From an uncultured Bacteroidales bacterium (GTDB taxonomy: Bacteria; Bacteroidota; Bacteroidia; Bacteroidales; Muribaculaceae): DNA of 64,000 nucleotides. The stretch is from NCBI GenBank assembly GCA_902796035.1, contig CADBNR010000074.1, positions 1,771-65,770 on the forward strand, in the 5' to 3' direction. Numbering within the stretch: position 1 is the first letter of the stretch; each line of letters starts with the position of its first letter. The notes beneath the pieces are model-generated. The model did not search any database, was not told the origin of the DNA, and was given only the letters and a program-made list of their open reading frames with translations. A program made the position numbers and the translations under genes. Shown here piece by piece: positions 53,175 through 62,700 of the stretch.

Positions 53175-54304
53175 TTAAGTCGCTGATAGTAATGTTTATG
53201 AATCTTGATTCCCTGCAGCGAGGGATGCAGAATCAGTGCCATGTCGGCTAATATCCATTGCGGATGGAAGGCCGCGTCATCGAAAACACCGCTGTATCTG
53301 GTGTTCGATCCCCATACGTTGCCATCCTTGAACGCTTTGAAGCGAGAGTAATTCTTATCCTCCTTGCCCCACTGATCCAGAGTTTTAGGTGTGTCTGAGA
53401 AATATCTGACAAACCAGACGTCGGCATCCGCGGCCTTGTATATAACTTCCTCGGGCGCGAGTATCGCACTGCCGGAATCGTTATAGTCATCGAAAGGATT
53501 GTAGCCGGCCGCATCGCGTATCAGCGTGCCCGTAGCCGAGCGTGAGGTGGGAACGTTCCAGATGCCGCTATATGTCCCGTCGAACAATACCTTTGGAAGA
53601 TTGCTGCACAGAGCCGTCTTGAAGATGATGTCGTTGTATTCCTTTTCGGTCCTGGCGAACAGGCTGTCCGCTTCGGCTCCTTTGCCTACCAGTCGTCCGT
53701 AAAGCTTCATCCACTCCGCGCGTCCAAGGGGATAAGGCTCGAGATAATCGGCCGCCTCAAGTACGGGAATGTTCATGTTGGCCAGCTTGCCGTGGGTGTC
53801 GCCGTTTTCCATGGGCGACAGTACGATGACGTCGGGACGAAGTCGCATGATGGCCTCGATGTTGGGCTGATAGCTAAGACCGCAATCCTGTATCGATTTT
53901 TCCGCTACCCTTTTACCGGCCACGGAATCGGTGATGTATTCAGAATCGCAGACACCCCCCACATGATCCAATGCTCCTAACTCGTGAAGCAACGAGACGT
54001 GTATGTTATAGTAAACCAAAGCATTCTTTACCGGAGTCTTTATTACCTTGCGCGAATGCGTATCGATGCCTTCGGGAACGTCCTTGCCCTCGTTCAGCAG
54101 AATGTACTGTGCCAGCATCCGGGTGGTATCCCACGGGTTGCGGATGTCCACCAACGAATAGCCGTCGCCGTCCACGATGGTCAGGTTTTCCGCATGGGTC
54201 ATAATGTCGGCACCTTGTGCGGATTCTCCTGACTTGTGACCGCAGGCGGATACCAGAACGATAATCCCCAGAGTAAATAAGTAATGCTTCAGTTTATTAA
54301 CCAT
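53171..54304 (-). CDS. ABC transporter periplasmic substrate-binding lipoprotein (BtuF/cluster A type)
   Basis: 377 aa. Lipobox VSACG, Peripla_BP_2-like layout (PDVIVLSP...), and an overlap with the permease start. Confidence 0.8.
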   Translation of the reverse strand: MVNKLKHYLFTLGIIVLVSACGHKSGESAQGADIMTHAENLTIVDGDGYSLVDIRNPWDTTRMLAQYILLNEGKDVPEGIDTHSRKVIKTPVKNALVYYNIHVSLLHELGALDHVGGVCDSEYITDSVAGKRVAEKSIQDCGLSYQPNIEAIMRLRPDVIVLSPMENGDTHGKLANMNIPVLEAADYLEPYPLGRAEWMKLYGRLVGKGAEADSLFARTEKEYNDIIFKTALCSNLPKVLFDGTYSGIWNVPTSRSATGTLIRDAAGYNPFDDYNDSGSAILAPEEVIYKAADADVWFVRYFSDTPKTLDQWGKEDKNYSRFKAFKDGNVWGSNTRYSGVFDDAAFHPQWILADMALILHPSLQGIKIHKHYYQRLK

Positions 54305-54385
54305 AATTTCAAGAGAGAAGCGGAGGATGCGCCGTCGCAGGTGCGGTGACGCACCCTCCGTTAATTATATGTTATAAGGTTTCCG

Positions 54386-55474
54386 TCAATACTTGTCGAA
54401 GAAAATGGCTGCCGGACCTACGCCGATGTCATACTTCTTGACGAATTTGCCGTCAAGCGTGTACTCGTTGACATAGCCGGGAGCGGTGTACGAAGGATAC
54501 TTACCGTCCATGATATAGGAGGATATGAACATCTTGCCGCCTATGCGGTCGATGACGATATTGTTGGGATAGTCCACCTGCTGGATTCTCCATTCCTTGT
54601 TCGTGTCCTTTGCGATGTCGTAGTAGCCGTAAGTGATTTTAACCTCATCGCTAAACGGAGCGTTGACATAATAGACCTTGTCTTCATCCACAGCCATAAT
54701 CGAGGCTTCGGCAATCTCCTTGAATTCCAGTCCTTCAACCTTGTAGATTTTGGAGGGAATATCCTGATAGTTACCCTTAGCCAGCAGGTAAAGGCCGTCT
54801 TTGTTGGCCTGAAACTCAGCGGGGTTCAATGGCACGGTAATAGTGGCCGTAACAGTGAAGGAATCAATGTCGATCACGCTGGCTGTTGTGCCATAGCCTG
54901 AGAGATAATTCATACCATCAGAATTCGGTACATATATCTTATTGCTGTATATACCGATGGTTTCGGGGTTGGGGCCTACCTGGACGCTCTTGTCAATCTG
55001 CATTGTCGTGGTATCAAGACGTGCTACATAGCCGTCGTACATGGCCACATAAACCTTGCCGCCGTATGCCACCATGGAACGGGGCTGCGAGCCTTGTTTC
55101 GTCCCTTTGAGACGCAGACAGCTAATCTCCTTGTTGGTGTATTTGTCCAGTATGAAGATGCACTGTGATTCGTATACACCGATATATACTTTCGATCCGT
55201 AGCATACGCCACACTGAGGCGTATCGCCCAACGACTTGTTGTTAGCAGCCTTGAACACATTGGCTGCCATTGTAGTGTCATTGTAATTCAGAAAGTAGAG
55301 GCCGCCTTCTATGCCGCCGCCATAGTAATTCCCCTGGTTCAGGAAGTAGGCTCCGGCCGAATATTTCGGCTGGTCGGGGTTGGGCTCGTAGTCGTGCTTG
55401 TTGTCGCTGTCGCACGATGTCAGGGCTGACATGGCTGTCACAACAAGCGCAGCCGATAGGAATTGCTTTAACAT
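54386..55474 (-). CDS. Surface beta-propeller lipoprotein (DUF5074/YncE-like); candidate corrinoid-capture protein (BtuG-like role)
   Basis: I start at the ATG at 55474 (MLKQFLSAALVVTAMSALTSCDSDNK, lipobox). The longer ORF-track model would overlap the TonB receptor gene. It shows a repeated Y-V-x-N/..G.I..ID blade-like pattern. The family and role assignment is tentative. Confidence 0.6.
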   Translation of the reverse strand: MLKQFLSAALVVTAMSALTSCDSDNKHDYEPNPDQPKYSAGAYFLNQGNYYGGGIEGGLYFLNYNDTTMAANVFKAANNKSLGDTPQCGVCYGSKVYIGVYESQCIFILDKYTNKEISCLRLKGTKQGSQPRSMVAYGGKVYVAMYDGYVARLDTTTMQIDKSVQVGPNPETIGIYSNKIYVPNSDGMNYLSGYGTTASVIDIDSFTVTATITVPLNPAEFQANKDGLYLLAKGNYQDIPSKIYKVEGLEFKEIAEASIMAVDEDKVYYVNAPFSDEVKITYGYYDIAKDTNKEWRIQQVDYPNNIVIDRIGGKMFISSYIMDGKYPSYTAPGYVNEYTLDGKFVKKYDIGVGPAAIFFDKY

Positions 55475-55517
55475 AATCTTTCTTGGTGTTTGTTGTAATT
55501 GATTTAATATTATGTTG

Positions 55518-57527
55518 TTATAATGTGAATCTGATTGATGCGCTCCACGACCTGCCTGGCATGGGATAACGTGCCACAATCTCATAGCGCGCGTCGAATG
55601 CGTTTATCAGGTCGGCCCGAAGCTGAAGTTCGTGGCCGTGAAACCGGAACGTATGATATGCCGCGAACCCGAACTCCATGTATCCGTGCAGGCGTGTGCT
55701 CGGGAGGTTGTTCGTGGAGGAGTAACGCGCCGAGCATCCGTATGAATGGGCTACGAGCGACACCCAGGGATTCTCCCATGCCACGGAGAACGCACCGGAA
55801 TGGACGGGAGTGTAGGGCAACTGCTTGTTCCAGTCCAGTTTGTCGCGCGAGGTCTTGCTCAGAGCCTTCTGCCAGCTGTAGTTGCCGTTGAATATGATGC
55901 TCTGACGCGCATATACCGGGAACTCCGCGTTTAGCGAAAGGTCGATGCCGTAAGCCTCCACGCGGCCAAGGTTGGTCATGGTCCATACGAACATGTTGTA
56001 CGGTACTGCCACAATCTTGTTCCTGACGCGGTTGAAGTATCCGTCCACCGTCACGTTAAGGTTGCTTATCCAGCTCTGAGACTTCAGGTTATAGGTCAGG
56101 CCGGCGTTTAACTGGTCGGTTATTTCGGGATTCAGGTTGATAGACCCGAAATGGTCGAAATACAGTTCGTTGAAAGTCGGCATCCGGAATATACCCTTAT
56201 AGTTGAGGCGTATGAAAAAATTCTGATTCATCCAGGGCTGGAAGGATACGCCCGCCGATGGAGTGAGTCGGGTGTGACTTAATTTCTTTTCGCCGTCGCC
56301 GGGAAAGTCCTGATATATGGAAAGCAGGGCACGGGCCGTGGCCGTGAACCAGCGGTAATGGTACTTCGCGTTTAGACCCTGGAGAATGGAGTTGCGATGC
56401 GGGCGGTTGTGCTGTTTCAGGTTGCTGTGCAGATCGTTGTAGAAATAATCGAACGCATACGACAGCGACAGCCCCGATACGGGGACACACAGCAGCGTGG
56501 CCGTGCCGTATGCCTCGCGTTGAATATAGCGGTTGTCGAGCACACCGACGGGATATTTGCCGTCGCGGTCGGTGTATCGGTTCTTGCTCCAGTTGAACTT
56601 ACCCAATACATTGAGCGAGAAGATTTTTGACAGGCGGCTACGGTATTGCGCCTGACCGAACATGTTCACGTCCTTAAGCGCCTCGTGGCTCTCGTTGTTG
56701 TACAGGATGGCCGGGCCGGGGAGATGGCGGAACGAGTCGAAGTAGTAATACTTCACGTTGAGCGTGGAGACTGAGTTCGGTTTCCACCGGAAGTTGGCCT
56801 CGATGTGTCCGTTGTCGATTTCGGAATTGTTACGCCGTTCCTTTACTGTCTCGCTTCCGTTGGGAATGGAGAAAGTGTAGTTGTTGTTGCTGTGGATGTA
56901 GTCGCCCGTGAACAGCCACGCCATATTGTCGCCGATGACCGAACCGATCCTGATATAGGGAGAGACGTATCCGAATGCTCCGGCAGTCAGTTTGGCTGTG
57001 AGGTTAAATTTGCGGTCGCCCATCACCGGATTCCATGATGAAATCATGATAGACGAGGATGCCGCCGCCGTACGTGCCGGCACGAAGATATCTTCGTTGT
57101 CGCCTATCACCATGGAGATGTCGCTGACGTTGTCGAGCGAATATCTGGAGAGGTCTATCTGTCCGGACTGGGTGTCGCCGAGTTGCGCGCCGTCATAGCT
57201 GACGCCGGTGTGCTGTGGACCGAGACCGCGTATGGATACTGTCTTCAGACCTCCCGTGCCTCCATAATCACGGAGTATGACGCCCGGCATACGGTGAATG
57301 GCATCGGATATGCCCTTGATGCCCATCTTGTCGAGGTCCCGGTTGGCTATCGTGTGAGTCGGTGCTACCGAGACAACTTCTTTAGGTGCTTTGGCAGAGG
57401 AGACTTCAAGAGTCTGAAGGGTGACCGACGCGCTGTCAGGCTGCTGGCCGGCGGTAATCGGGCCGGAGACCATGAGAAGCAGCGCTATCGCAGATATGTG
57501 TCTGATTAAATGTAAGTAATTTTCCAT
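55518..57527 (-). CDS. btuB: TonB-dependent receptor (BtuB-like, cobalamin/corrinoid)
   Basis: 669 aa. Signal peptide, plug domain (VVSVAPTH...GVILRDYGGTGGLKTVSIRGLG), a 22-strand barrel, and a C-terminal ...SWSASIRFTL ending. It lies directly downstream of a cobalamin riboswitch. Confidence 0.85.
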   Translation of the reverse strand: MENYLHLIRHISAIALLLMVSGPITAGQQPDSASVTLQTLEVSSAKAPKEVVSVAPTHTIANRDLDKMGIKGISDAIHRMPGVILRDYGGTGGLKTVSIRGLGPQHTGVSYDGAQLGDTQSGQIDLSRYSLDNVSDISMVIGDNEDIFVPARTAAASSSIMISSWNPVMGDRKFNLTAKLTAGAFGYVSPYIRIGSVIGDNMAWLFTGDYIHSNNNYTFSIPNGSETVKERRNNSEIDNGHIEANFRWKPNSVSTLNVKYYYFDSFRHLPGPAILYNNESHEALKDVNMFGQAQYRSRLSKIFSLNVLGKFNWSKNRYTDRDGKYPVGVLDNRYIQREAYGTATLLCVPVSGLSLSYAFDYFYNDLHSNLKQHNRPHRNSILQGLNAKYHYRWFTATARALLSIYQDFPGDGEKKLSHTRLTPSAGVSFQPWMNQNFFIRLNYKGIFRMPTFNELYFDHFGSINLNPEITDQLNAGLTYNLKSQSWISNLNVTVDGYFNRVRNKIVAVPYNMFVWTMTNLGRVEAYGIDLSLNAEFPVYARQSIIFNGNYSWQKALSKTSRDKLDWNKQLPYTPVHSGAFSVAWENPWVSLVAHSYGCSARYSSTNNLPSTRLHGYMEFGFAAYHTFRFHGHELQLRADLINAFDARYEIVARYPMPGRSWSASIRFTL

Positions 57528-57540
57528 CCACGTAGAAAAT

Positions 57541-57616
57541 TGTCATCTTCCAAGGTCGGACTGTAACCGTAGCGGGACTGTCCGGGACTTTCACCCGGTT
57601 CATAAAGGAAGACGAA
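57541..57616 (-). promoter_or_regulatory. Cobalamin riboswitch aptamer (compact form)
   Basis: The minus-strand RNA is UUCGUCUUCCUUUAUGAACCGGGUGAAAGUCCCGGACAGUCCCGCUACGGUUACAGUCCGACCUUGGAAGAUGACAA. It contains the conserved GGUGAAAGUCC...ACAGUCCCGCUAC core, a B12-box-like AGUCCGACC, and a 9-bp P1 (UCGUCUUCC/GGAAGAUGA). It ends about 15 nt before the btuB ATG. Confidence 0.75.
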
Positions 57617-57659
57617 TTATCCTGTATATAATATCTAATAACCGGTATCTGATATATGT

Positions 57660-58460
57660 TTAGTCATCGTTGATTTCTTCCTGTACTATGTAGGAGTTCC
57701 TTAACATCTTGATCAGCATGAACATCACATGGTTCGTTGCCGATTCAATCACTTGGTTTCTGTCGCCCTTGAACTGGATCAGTTCCGATACGGTGGTGTC
57801 GTGATATCTTACAGCCATCCACACTGTGCCTACGGGCTTGAACTTTGTACCGCCTTCAGGTCCGGCGATGCCGGAAGTGGCCATCGCGCAGTCCGCACGC
57901 ATCAGTGATGCGGCTCCGCACGCCATATCTTCCACTACCTGCTTGCTGACGGCGCCGAAGCGCGACAGGTTGTTGCGGCTCACCTTCAGCACGTTGGCTT
58001 TCACTTCGTTGCTGTAGCTTACCACACTGCCTAAGAAATAGGCCGACGATCCGGGAATCTGCGTGATCTTGTGGGCGATGTTGCCGCCGGTACAACTCTC
58101 GGCGCAGGCCACGGTAAGCTCACGCTCCTTAAGCAACTGGCCCAGCACCTCCGACATGGTCAAGTCCTGCGTCGACACGAATTCCTCGTTGAACAGGTCC
58201 ATGAGCTGTTGCTGGAACCGGTTCATTTTGAACCGCAGAAGTTCCACGGCGTGGTGTGAGCCTGTCAGCAGAATCCTTGTGACAAGATTCAGTGTGGTAG
58301 TGACCATGCTGACAAAATCTGGGAGCTGGCTCCTGAAATGCTTGATGATGTCGGCAAGTTCCTCCTCGGTGTAGCCGTATATGGTGACGCAACGGGTCTC
58401 GGTATGGAGATCTTTCTCCGTGCCGGGATTCTTGTCGGGAGTGTCGTTCGGGGTTTTCAT
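57660..58460 (-). CDS. CinA-family protein lacking the N-terminal MoCF domain (linker domain plus PncC-type NMN amidohydrolase domain)
   Basis: 266 aa. The C-terminal domain has LTVACAESCTGGNIAHKIT...YFLGSVVSYSNEVK...GAVS...MATSGIAGPEGG, the CinA_C/PncC signature. Confidence 0.8.
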   Translation of the reverse strand: MKTPNDTPDKNPGTEKDLHTETRCVTIYGYTEEELADIIKHFRSQLPDFVSMVTTTLNLVTRILLTGSHHAVELLRFKMNRFQQQLMDLFNEEFVSTQDLTMSEVLGQLLKERELTVACAESCTGGNIAHKITQIPGSSAYFLGSVVSYSNEVKANVLKVSRNNLSRFGAVSKQVVEDMACGAASLMRADCAMATSGIAGPEGGTKFKPVGTVWMAVRYHDTTVSELIQFKGDRNQVIESATNHVMFMLIKMLRNSYIVQEEINDD

Positions 58461-58469
58461 AGGATGATA

Positions 58470-59501
58470 TCAAACGGTGACGCGCGCGAAGGGAGGGAGT
58501 GCGAGCGAACTGTAATCGTGGTTAAGGTATTTGAAGTAACCGGCCATGGCCACCATGGCGGCGTTGTCGGTAGTGAACTGACGTGGCGGAATCCATGCGG
58601 TGACATTCATGTCTCGGCACAGGTCGGCCACAGCCTGGCGTATGCCGCCGTTGGCCGATACGCCGCCACCTATAGCCACATGCTTCACGCCGGTCTCGCG
58701 GATAGCCGCCTTCAGCTTGGATAGCAATATATCGATGATGGTCTTCTGCAGAGAGGCACACAGGTCGGCCTTGTTGTTCTCCACGAAGTCCGGATCGTTC
58801 TTCACGTTATCGCGCAACGTGTAGAGGAAAGATGTCTTGAGTCCGCTGAACGAGTAATCGAAGCTCGGCATGTTCGGCTTGGCGAACTTGAAACGCTTCG
58901 AATCGCCCTCCTGGGCCAGACGGTCTATATGCGGGCCGCCGGGATAGGGGAGGCCCATCACCTTGGCGCATTTGTCGAAAGCCTCGCCGGCCGCGTCGTC
59001 GATGGTCTGGCCTATGATATTCATCTTGTAAGGTGATTCCACAACGACTAATTGTGAGTTGCCGCCCGAGATCAGGAGGCATAGGTAAGGGAACTCCGGC
59101 ACGGGGTCGTCGGCATTGTTGCGGATGAAATGCGACAGCACGTGGCCATGCAGATGGTTCACGTCCAGCAGCGGGATGTCGAGCGCTATGGCCAGACCTT
59201 TGGCAAACGAGGTGCCCACGTGCAGCGATCCGAGCAGACCGGGACCGCGCGTATAGGCTATGGCGCTGAGGTCATGTTTATCCACGCCGGCCTGACGCAA
59301 CGCGTCGAACACCACCGGCACTATGTTCTGCTGGTGCGCCCGCGACGCGAGTTCCGGCACGACGCCGCCGTAACTCTCATGCACTTTCTGGCTCGCTATG
59401 ACATTGCTGAGCAATATCCCGTCGACTATCACCGCCGCCGAGGTATCGTCGCACGACGACTCGATGCCCAATATCACCGTAGGTTTCTCTTTACCCATCA
59501 T
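58470..59501 (-). CDS. tsaD: tRNA N6-adenosine threonylcarbamoyltransferase
   Basis: 343 aa. Contains GIESSCDDTSAAV and HLHGHV (HxxxH metal site), consistent with the Kae1/TsaD family. Confidence 0.95.
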   Translation of the reverse strand: MMGKEKPTVILGIESSCDDTSAAVIVDGILLSNVIASQKVHESYGGVVPELASRAHQQNIVPVVFDALRQAGVDKHDLSAIAYTRGPGLLGSLHVGTSFAKGLAIALDIPLLDVNHLHGHVLSHFIRNNADDPVPEFPYLCLLISGGNSQLVVVESPYKMNIIGQTIDDAAGEAFDKCAKVMGLPYPGGPHIDRLAQEGDSKRFKFAKPNMPSFDYSFSGLKTSFLYTLRDNVKNDPDFVENNKADLCASLQKTIIDILLSKLKAAIRETGVKHVAIGGGVSANGGIRQAVADLCRDMNVTAWIPPRQFTTDNAAMVAMAGYFKYLNHDYSSLALPPFARVTV

Positions 59502-59722
59502 ACCGCAAAATTACCACTTTTTTCGCTGTTATCCAAAAATAAATAAAATATGCTGTGAACATCAATGGCACATCAATGGCATAGTAGCGTAATAGTGGCG
59601 TGAGCACTGCACTATGCAATGAGAATTCGATATGGGAAAAGAGCGGGCGGCGTTGATACAGCCGTTCATGTTGGATGTGGCGTTTTTCAATGTGAGAAAA
59701 AAATTGTAATTTTGCGGTATGA
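59498..59722. promoter_or_regulatory. Divergent tsaD/tamB control region bounded by a 17-bp perfect inverted repeat (GTAATTTTGCGGTATGA), each arm combining a -7 box with the start codon
   Basis: The arms are 59498-59514 (reverse orientation) and 59706-59722, separated by a 191-bp spacer. The TAATTTTG boxes end 5 nt before each ATG, implying (near-)leaderless mRNAs. Confidence 0.55.
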
Positions 59723-62700
59723 CAGCCGTGAGGAATGTCTATCGTGTAGCACGCAGTATATTGTTCGCCGCCATTCTTACAGTGGGGGCTATCGTTGTGT
59801 TGCTTTATATCGCGCTGTCTGTGCCGGTTGTGCAGAACGTGATCAAGCAGGAGGCGGAGAAGCAATTGACACAATTGTTCAAGGCTCCGGTAAAGATAGG
59901 CGATGTCTCCATAATGCCGTTCAACGAACTGCAACTCAACGATGTGGAAATACGTACACCGGACAATCAGAAGTGCATATCGGTCAAGAATCTCGGTGCC
60001 GGCGTGGCCTTCTGGAAACTGCTGATATCCCAGAAAATAGAAATCACTTACGCCGAAATCATCGGTCTTGACGCGGGCATAACACAGGCCAAAGAGGGCG
60101 CTCCGCTGAACATCCAGTTCATAATAGATGCTTTTAAGCCGAAACAGCAAAAGAAGGAACCGACAAAGTTCGACCTTGTGCTGCATAACATCGTGATCCG
60201 TAAGTCGAATGTGAGATTCGACCGCCTGTGGCAACCCGTCCAGGCGCAGAATGTGCTGGATCCCAATCATCTGAATGTAAGCAATCTGCGTGCAGACATA
60301 TCGATGCCCAGGCTTAAGAATGACGACTATGTGGTGAACCTTAGACGCCTCAGTTTCAAAGAAAAGTCAGGACTATATGTAGACGGTCTGTCGTTTTTCG
60401 CCAGCGTGACTCCGCAGGAAATAGAACTGCGAAACTTCCGCCTCGATTTGTCGGAGGGTAAAGTGCGCATAAATAATCAGAGACTCCCCATCTCCGGATT
60501 CAAGAACATTGTCAGCGATCTCAAGAAGGCCGATCTTGATGTGGTTGTCAACATAGACAATCTGCAGCCTGACGATCTGGCATTCCTGTTGCCGAGTCTT
60601 GATCAGATCTCAGGAAAGTATGACATAGACGTGCATGTCGATGGCTCAGTCAACAGGTTCAGAGTCGAGAATATGTCTGTGACAGACAATTACGGTAATG
60701 TCGACATACATTTCAGAGGCAATGTGTCCGGTCTTGCAACGCCCGAAGAGCTGGAACTCATAGCCGATGACCTGGAAGTGGAAGCTGATGGCGGTTATAT
60801 GGCCCAGGTACTTGATGCCGTGGGGGTAAATACAGGAGCGGCTGCGGAAATCTTGTCGGAAGCCGGTCAGATTCTTGTAAAAGGCGATGGCGGATTGTCA
60901 CTGGCCAGGTCGGGCGGCGTGTTTCAGGGATTGGTATCTACTGACCAGGGTCTGGTTAACCTGGACGTGAGCGGAAACCTGCATCACAAGACGCTGAACG
61001 GCAAGTTTATGGTAAACACCGAGGGCTTCGACCTCGGTTCGCTCATGTCTGCGCAGCCTGTCGGCCAGGTCAAGGCACGGGCCGAGGGAGAAATCGGCCT
61101 GGCACTCAATGACCTGCAGCGTAGTAACGGTAATGTGAAGGTAGAGGCTCCGTCGGTGTTTGTCAACGGCCAGGAACTGACCGATATATTTGTGACATTG
61201 CAGAAGCAGGGCAAGCAGACCGACCTGCAGGCGCAGGTGTCGGGCTTGGCCGCAAACGGCGAGTTTACGGCCAGCTGTACTCTCGACGGTGCCGCCTCCA
61301 CATGGGATGTGACGGGCAATGACCTGAGACTGGACTGCAACGCATTCGGTATATTGCCGAAACAGGGTGCAGTGTTTCAGGTGGCGTCGCTCGACGTAAA
61401 AGCGACCGGAAACAACGAGGACAACGTCACAGGCTTTGTCCGTATATCGGACATAAATTATACTCCCGCAACCGGTAATACATTGGCATTGTCGTATCTG
61501 AATCTTGATGTCAGCAACATCAATGAAATCAGACGTATAGACCTGGCGAGCGATGTGATGGACGGCAGAGTGCAGGGTCAGTTCGCATTCAAGGAACTTA
61601 CGGTGCTCGCCACTGAAATACTGTCCAGTGCATTGCCTGCATATATCAAGGCCCCGGACAAGCAGTTAGCCAACTCCAATAGCCTGAATTACGACTTAAC
61701 CATAAAGTCTGACGCAAAGATATACGAAGCGCTTAACCTTAAGGTGCGTCCCGGTGTGACCGCGCGTCTGTACGGAAACGTAGACAACGGCCGGATGAAC
61801 GTGAATGTGTCAGCTCCGTATCTGATTCAGGGAGGAAACAAGCTGATAAAGAACGTGAATGTAGCTGCGGAATCGACCGTTGCCAACGGCCTGACAGTAA
61901 AAGTCGGTGCCGACTATCCGCTAAAGACACAGTATGTGCATCTTGACGTTGACGGGCATGCGCTGAACGACCGGGTGACAGGTCTGTTATCATGGAAAGG
62001 AGAGAGCGGTAAGGAGAACGGGACAATCGACCTCGGGCTGAACATAGTAAGCAATGAACGGGGAAAGAAAGACCTGGACATTGCCATCAACCCAAGCGAA
62101 ATAGTTATAAACAACGAGACATGGCGGATGTCGCCGGCCACTGTGCGGCTCAGCGACAAACGTCTTACGGTGAACAACCTGAGCCTGCACCGAGGAGACC
62201 AATATCTGACCATCCAGGGCGCGGCATCCGATTCGCCTAACGACGAATTAGTGGCCAATCTGCGGGATATAGATCTGGCATATATATTCAACACATTGAA
62301 CATCAACTATGTGACATTCGGCGGCCGCGCTACCGGAAGGGCAGTTGCATCAAGGCTTTTCAGCGGCACTCCTCTGGCCGAGACGCAGGGACTTCATGTG
62401 AAGAATTTCAGTTATAATGGTGCGGATGTGGGTGACGCAGATCTATTGGGGTATTGGGATAACGCAAACAAAGCCGTGGCCATAGGTGCCGACATTCAAG
62501 GAGCGACAAAAGACGTATATACGAAAGTAGACGGCAAAATCTTTGTAACCCAGGATTCGTTGCGCATAAATTTCGACGCCCACAAGATAAACTTAGCCTT
62601 GATTCAGCCGTTTCTGTCCAACGTGATGGAGAAAGTGGAGGGGGCGGGATCGGCCGACCTTACGCTATATGGCAATTTCAAGCGGATACGTCTTACGGGC

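Noticed and set aside
55475-55585. N-terminal extensions in ORF-track models: the lipoprotein at 54386-55585 (overlapping the TonB receptor gene), dapA to 19143, the small membrane ORF to 25571, and nrnA from the TTG at 42061.
   Set aside because: Internal ATGs give canonical N-termini (a signal peptide with lipobox, MSAFKLRGLGVAMITPF, MKTTRII..., MDMALSK). They also remove overlaps with neighbouring genes or promoter boxes.
59515-59705. The segment between the 17-bp inverted repeats, considered as a bona fide inverton.
   Set aside because: Most of each repeat is the generic GTAATTTTGC promoter consensus plus an ATG. Inversion would not change which gene has a promoter, and no recombinase gene is nearby. 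I kept it only as a low-priority check.
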